Part shown: one piece after another, positions 54,542 through 62,550 of the stretch
How the letters are laid out: the number at the start of each line of letters is the position of its first letter
How positions within the stretch are numbered: position 1 is the first letter of the stretch
Sequence record: PV745554.1
DNA: 64,000 nucleotides
Reading direction: 5' to 3' (one strand)
Translations under genes and position numbers: made by a program
The notes under the pieces: model-generated
Seen by the model: only the letters and a program-made list of their open reading frames with translations
The model's database searches: none
What the model was told of the DNA's origin: nothing

Positions 54542-54700
54542 TTGACGCCCCCGCGTTCTGAGGAACACGGGGGCGTTTTGACGTCGGCGCATTTCAGACT
54601 TGACGCGCGAGCATTTCAACGCCGGAGCGTTTTGACGCGGGCGCATTTTCGATTCAACGCGCGAGCGTTTTGACGTCCGAACGTTTTTCAACTTGACGTC
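54542..54700 (+). repeat. degenerate array of TTGACG/TCAACG-containing units
   Basis: TTGACG at 54542, 54578, 54600, 54632, 54670, 54693; units end GC(A/G)TTT. Confidence 0.75.
54545..54580 (+). terminator. terminator-like hairpin
   Basis: ACGCCCCCG..GTTC-TGAG-GAAC..CGGGGGCGT then TTT. Confidence 0.55.
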
Positions 54701-54725
54701 GTTTCATTTACCACGAGCGCCTTAG

Positions 54726-54952
54726 GGTTAACCGCCGAGCCTGGGAATGGTTAAGGCCCGTTAACCATGTTTGTTAACCCTCAGGCCGTTAACCTATCAC
54801 CCGTTAAGGTTAACGCACCCCGGCCATTAACCCTGAGCGTGTTAAGGTTAACACCCCGTTAAGGTTAACAATTAAGGTTAACGCCCCCGGTAACCCTGCC
54901 GCCGTTAAGGTTAACAAACATGGTTAACGGGCCAGACCGGCGTTAACCTTAA
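54726..54952. repeat. dense TTAA cluster
   Basis: 19 TTAA in about 225 bp; TTAAGGTTAA five times plus one reverse copy; one perfect TTAA-N7-TTAA at 54848. Confidence 0.85.
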
Positions 54953-55011
54953 CGGCCAGAGCCCAGGCCCTACCGGGTATGACCTGCCGGCCATACCCGG
55001 TAGGGCGCGCC

Positions 55012-55269
55012 TCACGCGTCCGCGTCGGGCGACGCCGCCGCGCCGTATTCGTGGTCATTCCAGAGTATGCCCAGAATTTCGTCAGGCCCGAACGAAGGAA
55101 GCAAGGTTTGCAGGGCGTCGTATGTCTCGCGAAAGGCGCTCGCGTCGTCGTCCTGCATCCAAACCGACTCCTTGCCGGCCTTGTCGCGGAACGTGTACGC
55201 CGCGCCGTTCCCGTAGCTGTCGAGGGCGAAGCGTTCGCCCTCAGAAATGCGAATCGGTCCTGAATACAT
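55012..55269 (-). CDS. hypothetical protein
   Basis: ATG after GGAG on minus strand (MYSGPIRISEG). Confidence 0.7.
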   Translation of the reverse strand: MYSGPIRISEGERFALDSYGNGAAYTFRDKAGKESVWMQDDDASAFRETYDALQTLLPSFGPDEILGILWNDHEYGAAASPDADA

Positions 55270-55326
55270 GGGGCGATCTCCAAGGGCGCGGGGTGCGCCG
55301 ACCCGTGCAATCTGGACCCCCAATTC

Positions 55327-55392
55327 TTAACAAAACGTAAACGCCAGAGCCTTTTCCGTGTTTACGTTTTGTTAAGACTTTGCCGCTAGTGT
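55327..55392. promoter_or_regulatory. divergent pair of CtrA-box promoters
   Basis: TTAA-CAAAACG-TAAA (55327) and TTTA-CGTTTTG-TTAA (55361), then GCTAGTGT. Confidence 0.8.
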
Positions 55393-55432
55393 TCCTTGTG
55401 CCGGCGCATCCCGCGCCCTTGGAGCCTGGATC

Positions 55433-55726
55433 ATGTCCAACCGTTACGACGTTGAATATACAGACACTTTCGCAGGCGAGGCGAATTATTCTGGGGTCCG
55501 CCGCGCGGCCGTGACCATGCCAGAGCTAACCCATTATGGGTACGATGGCGGAACAAACTACGCCAAGGCGAACAAGGTTTTTAACCGCGAACTCATGAAG
55601 CGCGCCAAGGCCGCCATGGGTCTAACGGGCGTTCGCGGCGTTTCGGCCGCGCACGGTGACGGGCTGGAATTTCGGCCCTATAGGTCCGCGACGGTGCTTT
55701 TCGTGACCTATCGCGACGCCGACTAG
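55433..55726 (+). CDS. hypothetical phage protein
   Basis: EYTDTFAGEANYS...RAKAAMGLTG motif. Confidence 0.8.
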   Translation: MSNRYDVEYTDTFAGEANYSGVRRAAVTMPELTHYGYDGGTNYAKANKVFNRELMKRAKAAMGLTGVRGVSAAHGDGLEFRPYRSATVLFVTYRDAD

Positions 55727-55887
55727 GCAAGCCGCCCGGCGCCCTCCAGAGGACGCTGGGCGAACGCTTGCCCAGCGCGTTAACCATGTTTTTGAAAAGC
55801 GCCCAGCCCCGCCGTAGCGCCCCTACGGTTCGAAGAGCCCGGCCCTGCCGGTCCTGCCGGCTACAGGTCCAATCTAGCGGCCAATCC

Positions 55888-55963
55888 TTAACAAAACGTA
55901 AACGCCAGAATCTTTTTCGGGGGCTTTCGCGTTTACGTTTTGTTAAGAAATAGGGTCTAGTGT
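55888..55963. promoter_or_regulatory. second divergent pair of CtrA-box promoters
   Basis: Near copy of 55327-55392; boxes at 55888 and 55932. Confidence 0.8.
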
Positions 55964-56011
55964 CCCTCTTGTCGGGGCCACCCCCGGCGCTCTTTGACAT
56001 TGTGAGGCAAC

Positions 56012-56200
56012 ATGATTCCCTCTGAAGTTCTGAATCCGCGCGAGCACTGGACTCCCGTCGCCTCGCGCGAGGAAGCCGAAAAGATCGCCGCGCGCTGCAC
56101 CGAAGGCGACCCCGTCGGCCGCTACTACGTCGAGGAAAAGGGCGCCGGCTACGCTGTCGCCTATGACGACGAGGCGGGCGAATTCGTCGCCTACCTGTAA
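56012..56200 (+). CDS. small hypothetical protein
   Basis: ATG after GAGG. Confidence 0.75.
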   Translation: MIPSEVLNPREHWTPVASREEAEKIAARCTEGDPVGRYYVEEKGAGYAVAYDDEAGEFVAYL

Positions 56201-56228
56201 ACCTTTTGTTAAGACCTGACCTCTAAAC
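56198..56228 (+). promoter_or_regulatory. CtrA-box promoter
   Basis: TAAA-CCTTTTG-TTAA-N10-CTAAAC. Confidence 0.8.
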
Positions 56229-56262
56229 CGGGGTCAGGTTCAACCCCTGGAGGCCCTGCCCC

Positions 56263-56649
56263 ATGCCCAACCCCGGACTCTTTCGCGCCATGGCCAAAGC
56301 CGCCAAGCCGGTGATTAAGGCCTATCACGCCGACTTCGAAATTCACGACGCCAAGGTGATTCACGGCCTAAAGGACGGCGATGTCATCTTGTGGGCGCCG
56401 GACGCGCACGGAACGACTCTTATCGTCCTGGCGCGGGCTGGACGGCCCAACCATCGCGCCGCCGAACACTTCGAAGCCGCCAAGGCCCGCAACGCCCCCG
56501 CGTGGTTTGTCGCGTCGCTGTACCATGACGGCGAGTCGGGTCACTGGAGCCTTTCGCCGGCGCCGGACGCGCCCGAAATCGTCGCCCGCTTCGCCGAACA
56601 AGCCGCCCGCGACACCGCCCCGGACCCGGTGCGCGAGCTACACCTTTAA
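56263..56649 (+). CDS. hypothetical protein
   Basis: ATG after GGAGG. Confidence 0.8.
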   Translation: MPNPGLFRAMAKAAKPVIKAYHADFEIHDAKVIHGLKDGDVILWAPDAHGTTLIVLARAGRPNHRAAEHFEAAKARNAPAWFVASLYHDGESGHWSLSPAPDAPEIVARFAEQAARDTAPDPVRELHL

Positions 56650-56676
56650 CCTTTTGTTAAGACTTGACCTCTAAAC
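56646..56676 (+). promoter_or_regulatory. CtrA-box promoter
   Basis: Perfect TTAA-CCTTTTG-TTAA-N10-CTAAAC. Confidence 0.88.
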
Positions 56677-56711
56677 AGGGGTCAAGTCCAACCCCCTGGA
56701 GGCCCTGCCCC

Positions 56712-57251
56712 ATGTCCGTTATCGAAACCGCCAACCTCTCGCGCGGCCGTGTTCTCACCGTCGAAATCGACGACTGCGCCCAAGAGCCCTACGCCGACGA
56801 CAAGGGCGTGCGAATCGTCGTCCTGCATCGCCATTGGACGAACCCCGCCGCCGGCCTGCTGGACTCGGTCGAGGACGTTCAAGCCTTCGAGGCGCAGAAC
56901 GCCGCGCCCGACTCTGAATGGGCGATCTTTGAGCTATGGGTGATGGACCATAGCGGCCGGACCTTCAAGGCCGGCGCGCTGGGCGCCGGAAACCCGTTCG
57001 GCGCCGGACCCTACGCCCAATGGGATAGCGGCCGGGTCGGAGTCATCGCCCTGGCGCGCGCCGAGTGGCCCGCCGCCGACCTCAAGACCGCCCAAGGCGT
57101 CGCCGACACCTACGGCGCATGGGCCGAAGGCGAGGTTTACCAATTCGTCATTTCGAACCGCCGGGGCGACGTGCTCGACTCGTGCGGCGGGTTCTACAGC
57201 GTCGCCGAAGCCCTGGCCGCCGGCCGCGACGCCGCCAAGGTGAAAGCGTGA
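56712..57251 (+). CDS. hypothetical phage/plasmid protein
   Basis: WDSGRVG...W..GEVY...DSCGGFY motif. Confidence 0.8.
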   Translation: MSVIETANLSRGRVLTVEIDDCAQEPYADDKGVRIVVLHRHWTNPAAGLLDSVEDVQAFEAQNAAPDSEWAIFELWVMDHSGRTFKAGALGAGNPFGAGPYAQWDSGRVGVIALARAEWPAADLKTAQGVADTYGAWAEGEVYQFVISNRRGDVLDSCGGFYSVAEALAAGRDAAKVKA

Positions 57252-57442
57252 GAGTCGCCCGCGAAAGCTTCGCCGTGTTCTGGACCCGCCCCGGCTGGCG
57301 CGTCCAGTTTCACGCCGACATGAAACGGGCGCTGTACCCGACCGCCAAGGCCGCCGCCGACGCCTTCGCCGCCATGTTCCCGGCTGATCAGGTCAAGAGC
57401 GTGCGCGACGGCTCCGGCCGCTTCCTGGCCTTCAAGCGCTAG
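57248..57442 (+). CDS. small hypothetical protein
   Basis: GTGA overlap. Confidence 0.65.
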   Translation: MRVARESFAVFWTRPGWRVQFHADMKRALYPTAKAAADAFAAMFPADQVKSVRDGSGRFLAFKR

Positions 57443-57447
57443 ACCAG

Positions 57448-57482
57448 ACGCCCCGGAAAACTTTTCCGGGGCGTTTACTTTT
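57448..57482 (+). terminator. Rho-independent terminator
   Basis: ACGCCCCGGAAAA-C-TTTTCCGGGGCGT then TTACTTTTT. Confidence 0.75.
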
Positions 57483-57505
57483 TGTTAAGGAATGGCGTCT
57501 AGTGT
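57474..57505 (+). promoter_or_regulatory. CtrA-box promoter
   Basis: TTTA-CTTTTTG-TTAA-N10-CTAGTGT. Confidence 0.8.
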
Positions 57506-57550
57506 CCCTCTTGCCGCCGGGCAATCCCGCCCGGCCTTGGAGTTCTTCCC

Positions 57551-58069
57551 ATGCCGGAATTTGTCCTAGATACGTCGGGCCAAGTCGCCCCGCCCGCCGC
57601 CGCCAAGCTTTGGCCGCACCCCCTGGCCTGGAATCAGTTGAGCGATTTTGCTCAAGGCTACATCGAGGCCCTGTTTTTCACCGAGTCGTCGCCGGCCTAT
57701 GACCGCGCCGAATGGTTCGGCGCCGAGTGTCAAGAGGCCCTGGAGGAAGGCACGGCGGACGGGAACATTCCGGGCGATGTCGGATTCGCCGACCTCGCGC
57801 CCGCCACCCTGGCGCGCATCGTCGCCGATTGCGCCGACTTCCAACGCCAGCACGCCGACGCCCTGGCCAAGGCCTATGACCACGGCGGCGCGTCGGGCGA
57901 CTATGACGACGCCGCCGCCGGCCGTGATTATTGGTATACCCGCAACGGCCATGGCGTCGGGTTCTGGGATCGCGGACTCGGCGCGATCGGTGAGGCCCTG
58001 AGCAAGGCCGCCCGCTACAGCGAGCAAAACGCCTCTTTCGAGGATGACGAAAAGGTCTATCTCTCTTAA
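57551..58069 (+). CDS. hypothetical phage protein
   Basis: GRDYWYTRNGHGVGFWDR motif. Confidence 0.85.
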   Translation: MPEFVLDTSGQVAPPAAAKLWPHPLAWNQLSDFAQGYIEALFFTESSPAYDRAEWFGAECQEALEEGTADGNIPGDVGFADLAPATLARIVADCADFQRQHADALAKAYDHGGASGDYDDAAAGRDYWYTRNGHGVGFWDRGLGAIGEALSKAARYSEQNASFEDDEKVYLS

Positions 58070-58097
58070 CCTTTTGTTAAGACTTGGCCTCTAGGGT
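58066..58097 (+). promoter_or_regulatory. CtrA-box promoter
   Basis: Perfect TTAA-CCTTTTG-TTAA-N10-CTAGGGT. Confidence 0.88.
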
Positions 58098-58161
58098 CAG
58101 GTTGTCCCGGCGCCGGGGCTGGAACCCCCGGCGCGTCCATTCCGTGAAAGGAATCCATACC

Positions 58162-58908
58162 GTGTCTTTTGGTCAATTCTCCGCCGACGCCCGCGCCCCG
58201 CTGTCGAAATCCGCCATGCTGGACGCCCTCCCCGCCGCGCGCCGTGACGCTCTGGTCAAGTCCAGCAAGCCGGCGCGAAACACGCTCGATTACACAACCG
58301 CCGACGGCGTGCGCCGCGTGCGCTTGCATGACACCGACGTTTTGACGTTCCACGTTAACGGCGCCGTCGAGATCAACACGGGCGGCTGGAATACCCTAAC
58401 CACGCGCGACCGAATCAACACGTTCGCCCCGCCTCACGTGCGCGTCTACAGCGACAAGGGCCGCGCCGTGGTTCGCGCCTTGCCGGCCGGTGACGGCGCC
58501 GTCACGTGGTCCAGCCCCGCCGCGTCCAAGCCGTTCGCCAAGCGCGCCACCGTTCACCCGGACGGCCGAATCGAAGTGGACGCGACCGTCAAAGAACTGG
58601 AGGCGATTCCTAGCCTCATCCGCCGCTATCTGGAGGCCTTCAAGGCCGGTTTCCCGTTCAACTCGTCGGGTGACCCGTGGATGACGCCCGGCGCCCTTGT
58701 CGCCCCGGAAACCGCCCTTGACTGGCTGGGCGCCGACAGCGGCAAGCCGTACCTGTTCGACTCGATCCTGTTTCACGCCCATGTCGCGGCCGGCCTGACC
58801 GAAGAGGGCGCGGCGTTCTACATGCGCGAGGCCGCCCGGCGCGGCGTCGACAAATTCAATCTCGGCCGCATCCGGCGTTACCTCAAGCGTTGCCTTCGCG
58901 AAGCCTAG
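58162..58908 (+). CDS. hypothetical phage protein
   Basis: GTG after AAGGA; LHDTDV...INTGGWNTLTTRDRIN motif. Confidence 0.8.
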   Translation: MSFGQFSADARAPLSKSAMLDALPAARRDALVKSSKPARNTLDYTTADGVRRVRLHDTDVLTFHVNGAVEINTGGWNTLTTRDRINTFAPPHVRVYSDKGRAVVRALPAGDGAVTWSSPAASKPFAKRATVHPDGRIEVDATVKELEAIPSLIRRYLEAFKAGFPFNSSGDPWMTPGALVAPETALDWLGADSGKPYLFDSILFHAHVAAGLTEEGAAFYMREAARRGVDKFNLGRIRRYLKRCLREA

Positions 58909-58917
58909 ACCCTGCCC

Positions 58918-58950
58918 GGCCGCGCCGCCCTGGCGCGGCCTTTCTTTTCC
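58918..58950 (+). terminator. Rho-independent terminator
   Basis: GGCCGCGCC-GCCCT-GGCGCGGCC-TTTCTTTT. Confidence 0.8.
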
Positions 58951-58959
58951 GTGTACGCG

Positions 58960-58992
58960 TTAACTTCTTGTTAAGACTTTACGCGCTAATGT
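58960..58992 (+). promoter_or_regulatory. CtrA-box promoter
   Basis: Perfect TTAA-CTTCTTG-TTAA-N11-CTAATGT. Confidence 0.88.
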
Positions 58993-59044
58993 CCCCTTGC
59001 CGCCGGGCAATCCCGCCCCGCCGCCTCTCAAAGGATCGCCACCC

Positions 59045-59665
59045 ATGGCCCGCCTGATCAAAGCCAAGTCCACCGCCGAACAAGCCGAAGCCCTGGCCAG
59101 CCTGCAAAAAATGCTCAAGCCGGGCGACACGGTTTATCCCGTGCTGCGCCACGTCTCGACCTCCGGCATGATGCGAGTCATTGACCTGATTATCCCGGTC
59201 ACGGTCGAGACGTCGCAAACCCTGCCGGCCGGCGCGCGCGGCTTCAAGATCGGCGTTCAAGCCTATGCGACCCCGCCGGAGCGCAACGCCCCCCGCGCCT
59301 TCTCAACCGGCGCCGTGACGGCTTTCGACGCCGACACCGTGACCATTGCCTATCAGGCCACCGCCGACGGCCGGGGCGAGGCGGAATCGGTGACGTGGCC
59401 CCGTGGTCAGGTCAAGTTCTACGCCAAGAGCAAGCGCCCTGGCGTCCGCTCGATCGGCTGGCTTGCCGCGAAGGCTATGGGCGACACTTTCGACGCCGAC
59501 CGCCAAGGAATCAAGGTCGGCGGGTGCGGTATGGATATGGGCTTTCACCTCGTTTACAGCCTGGGCCGCACGCTCTGGCCAAAGGGAACGAAAAAGCCGC
59601 ACGGCTCGCGCAACGGCGAGCCCGACCGCGACGGCGGTTATGCGCTGAAACATTCCTGGCTTTAA
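59045..59665 (+). CDS. hypothetical phage protein with internal insertion
   Basis: LRHVSTSGMMRVI...GCGMDMGFHLVYSL motifs. Confidence 0.85.
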   Translation: MARLIKAKSTAEQAEALASLQKMLKPGDTVYPVLRHVSTSGMMRVIDLIIPVTVETSQTLPAGARGFKIGVQAYATPPERNAPRAFSTGAVTAFDADTVTIAYQATADGRGEAESVTWPRGQVKFYAKSKRPGVRSIGWLAAKAMGDTFDADRQGIKVGGCGMDMGFHLVYSLGRTLWPKGTKKPHGSRNGEPDRDGGYALKHSWL

Positions 59666-59694
59666 CTTTTTGTTAAGAGTTTAGCCGCTAATGT
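59662..59694 (+). promoter_or_regulatory. CtrA-box promoter
   Basis: Perfect TTAA-CTTTTTG-TTAA-N11-CTAATGT. Confidence 0.88.
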
Positions 59695-59743
59695 CTCCTT
59701 GCGGCCGGGCAATCCCGCCCGGCCGCACCCGGAACCAAAGCCC

Positions 59744-60016
59744 ATGACCCGCGCTCAAGTCCTCGCCGAAATCGCCGCCCTCGAAGGCGTCCAAGCCCGT
59801 TTCGTCACCGAAACCAAGGAATTCCGCGTCACCCTGACTTTTGGCCCGCTTCCCATGGGGCGCGGCTCGCAAGCCTGGATGAACGCCCGCCGGGAAGCCG
59901 TCGCCTACTACACCGAAGACAAGGCCGACGCCCTGGCCACCGCCCGCGACATGTCGGCCCGTTGGGTCGCCATGACCCCGGCGCAACGTGATCACCTGTA
60001 CCGCAACGCCGCGTAA
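59744..60016 (+). CDS. hypothetical protein
   Basis: ATG downstream of the promoter and leader hairpin. Confidence 0.75.
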   Translation: MTRAQVLAEIAALEGVQARFVTETKEFRVTLTFGPLPMGRGSQAWMNARREAVAYYTEDKADALATARDMSARWVAMTPAQRDHLYRNAA

Positions 60017-60044
60017 CCCTTCGTTAAGACCCGGCCGCTAGAGT
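60013..60044 (+). promoter_or_regulatory. CtrA-box promoter
   Basis: GTAA-CCCTTCG-TTAA-N10-CTAGAGT. Confidence 0.75.
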
Positions 60045-60080
60045 GGCCGGGTCATCAACCCCCCGCAAGGATCGCCCGAC

Positions 60081-60359
60081 ATGCGCAAGCCCCTGACCCA
60101 AGAGCAAAAGGCCCGCCGCCGCGCGCAACGCCGCGCCGCCCGCCTGACCTGGAGCGACGAACGCCGCGCGGCCGAATACGCCCGCCAATCGCGCTTTTTC
60201 CTGATGATCGCCGAACGCGCCCAAGTCGCGGGCGACCGCACCGAAGCCGCCCGCCTCGCCACCGTCGCGCAACGCAAGGTGACCAACTGGCGCATGGCGG
60301 AGGCGTGCGCCCGCATCAACGCCCTTTCCGTCCACGCCTGGGCCGCTGTCGCGGCCTAA
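60081..60359 (+). CDS. basic helical hypothetical protein
   Basis: ATG after AAGGA. Confidence 0.75.
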   Translation: MRKPLTQEQKARRRAQRRAARLTWSDERRAAEYARQSRFFLMIAERAQVAGDRTEAARLATVAQRKVTNWRMAEACARINALSVHAWAAVAA

Positions 60360-60376
60360 CTGGAGAACCCCGCCCC

Positions 60377-60700
60377 ATGCCCCCGATGACTCACCCTCAC
60401 GCCCTGGCCTTGATCGCGCTCGCCGAAAAGGTCCTGCCCCTGACCAAGCTGCACCCGCTGGACCAAAGGGCCGCCGCTGTCGATCTTATCGGCGACCTCT
60501 ACAGCCTCGCCGACTCCATCGACGCCACCGCCGGCCACTTGGTCGCCGCTGTCAACGGCGCCTTGCGCGACGGCTGCGAGGGTTACGCGCCCAAGAGCCG
60601 CGCCGCCGCCGCTGTCGCCACCGTCCGCGCCGACGAACTGCGCTCCGCCCTGGAGGCGTACACCGAAGCCGCCGCCCTGGCCCTGCCGAAGGTTGCCTAA
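60377..60700 (+). CDS. hypothetical protein
   Basis: ATG after GGAG. Confidence 0.7.
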   Translation: MPPMTHPHALALIALAEKVLPLTKLHPLDQRAAAVDLIGDLYSLADSIDATAGHLVAAVNGALRDGCEGYAPKSRAAAAVATVRADELRSALEAYTEAAALALPKVA

Positions 60701-60701
60701 C

Positions 60702-60845
60702 GTGACCGCCCTGCAATGCGCCGGCTTCGCCGCTCAACGTCGCGGCGTCAAATGGTGGAATAACCCGCATCCGGCCGGCTCTCCCGCCGCCTATCAATGG
60801 GATCAAGGCCACACTTTCGCCCGCCGCTCGATCACCGCCGCCTAG
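60702..60845 (+). CDS. Rmf/CrpP-fold-like miniprotein (absent from ORF track)
   Basis: 47 aa: GFAAQRRGVKWWNNPHPAGSPAAYQWDQGH fits G..A...G.....NP.......W..G. Confidence 0.65.
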   Translation: MTALQCAGFAAQRRGVKWWNNPHPAGSPAAYQWDQGHTFARRSITAA

Positions 60846-60858
60846 GAAAGGCCCCGAC

Positions 60859-61440
60859 ATGTCGCAACGCTACCGCCTCGCGCCCGCCGCCCGCGTCTCC
60901 AAGGCGCTTTCGGACCTGCTTTATGCGGCGTCGGAAGTCGTCGCCACGGCGGCGCAATATGAGACGACGCCCGCCGGTCAAACCAAGCTCGCCAAGATGC
61001 GCGGCGACCTGATCACCGAAAGCGCCGGCGCCCTCGTGCGCAAGCCGCCTAGCGCCGTCCTCGCAACCCTCGTTTGGGTTGTCGAAATGGCGCAAGCCCG
61101 CGCCACGGATGCGGATTTCAATTCCGCCCAAGAGGGGCTGGACGAACACGACGCTCTAGCGTTCGTCGCCGATTGGCTGGAAGCCGAAGGCGTGGACGTG
61201 ACCGTCATTCGCAACGCCGCGCCCTCGGCCGAAGCCTTGGCCGAACTCGTCGCCCGCCGCGACGCCGAACAAGAGGCGCTGGACGCCCTGGAAGCCGTCC
61301 AGAGCCCCGAAGACCCCGCCGACGTGATCACCGACGCCTTGCGGGGCTATCTGGGCGCCACGCTGGCGGAAAACCACGCCGACGACGTGCTAGACGCCCT
61401 CACGCGCGCCGGCTTCCAAATCACCCGCAAGGAGGCCTAA
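60859..61440 (+). CDS. hypothetical protein
   Basis: ATG after AGGAAAGG. Confidence 0.8.
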   Translation: MSQRYRLAPAARVSKALSDLLYAASEVVATAAQYETTPAGQTKLAKMRGDLITESAGALVRKPPSAVLATLVWVVEMAQARATDADFNSAQEGLDEHDALAFVADWLEAEGVDVTVIRNAAPSAEALAELVARRDAEQEALDALEAVQSPEDPADVITDALRGYLGATLAENHADDVLDALTRAGFQITRKEA

Positions 61441-61445
61441 AGCCC

Positions 61446-62273
61446 ATGACCAAAGCCCGCCACGCCTTCGAGGCCGTCCGCGTCGAATCGGCCGGGGAGT
61501 CGATCCTTGATCGCTTCACCGTGACCAAGAAACGCACCGCCGAACAAGCCTATGACGCGGCCGAAGCCCTTTGCGAGGCCGCCCGCGCCCTCGCGCCGGG
61601 TCAAGCCCATTTCGTCCGCGAAGTAAACGCGCCGGGCGAAGAGACGCCCGCCCAAGCCCTGGACCTCGCCAGCGTCTCGACGGCCGACCTCATCGCCGAA
61701 CTCTACCGCCGCCCGGTCGCCGTCTGTGTGTTCGAAGGCGTGGACGTGCTCGCCGAAGCGGGCGGCGCCTTCGATGACGCCGACGACGCCGCCCAATGGC
61801 TGGCCAGCAAGTCCAGCTATATCGGCGACGCGATGAGCGGCGCCGGCTGGGACTCGGTGCGCTATCACCTGACCGCCGACGGCCGCGCCACCGACGAGGG
61901 CGACGACGAGGAAGAGCCCGCCGACGCCCTCCCCGTCGCCGTGACCCTGGAGCAAGGCGACGCCGTCCGCGTGGTCGGGCGCTTCGCCACCGTGGGCGAA
62001 GCCGTCGATTTCCTGGCCTCTCCGATCCGCGATCAAGACGCCCTCGCCGCCGGCCGCTACGGGATCGACGCGCCGCACGGCGTGGCCAGCGACGCGGACG
62101 CCGTGACCCTGGCGAACAAGCTGGGCTTTCAAGTATTCCGCTCCATGGGGTCGGTCTACTACGCCCCGCCCGGCGTGGCGGTTTCCGGCAACGCCGACGG
62201 CCGGGGCTGGAAAGGCGGTTTCGACGACATCGCCGCCGCCGCCCTCGCCGCCCTGGCCACCGTCGACCCCTAG
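61446..62273 (+). CDS. acidic hypothetical protein
   Basis: ATG after AGGAGG. Confidence 0.75.
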   Translation: MTKARHAFEAVRVESAGESILDRFTVTKKRTAEQAYDAAEALCEAARALAPGQAHFVREVNAPGEETPAQALDLASVSTADLIAELYRRPVAVCVFEGVDVLAEAGGAFDDADDAAQWLASKSSYIGDAMSGAGWDSVRYHLTADGRATDEGDDEEEPADALPVAVTLEQGDAVRVVGRFATVGEAVDFLASPIRDQDALAAGRYGIDAPHGVASDADAVTLANKLGFQVFRSMGSVYYAPPGVAVSGNADGRGWKGGFDDIAAAALAALATVDP

Positions 62274-62462
62274 CCGCCTAAGTCATCATTCCTACCGTCT
62301 ATGACATGTCACGGGCTGAATACTTGGCCCGTGACGACTTCCCCTAGTAAAGCTCACGCCTGTTTTCGTGACATAGCGCAAGGAACTGAAATCGTTGGAA
62401 AAACTCCTAGAGGGTCACAAAGTTCTGGTTTGGCTGCTGCTGCTGGCGTGCCTCTGGCGCTT

Positions 62463-62495
62463 TTAACCCTTTGTTAAGACTTTACCCGCTAGGGT
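62463..62495 (+). promoter_or_regulatory. CtrA-box promoter
   Basis: Perfect TTAA-CCCTTTG-TTAA-N11-CTAGGGT. Confidence 0.88.
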
Positions 62496-62550
62496 GACTT
62501 TGCGGCCGGGCAATCCCGCCCCGCCGCCTTCCTTCTCTGGAGCCGCTACC

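Noticed and set aside
55827-55834. GGTTCGAA T-loop-like sequences (also at 28349) suggesting tRNA
   Set aside because: No T-stem pairing or cloverleaf; the 28349 copy is inside a coding region.
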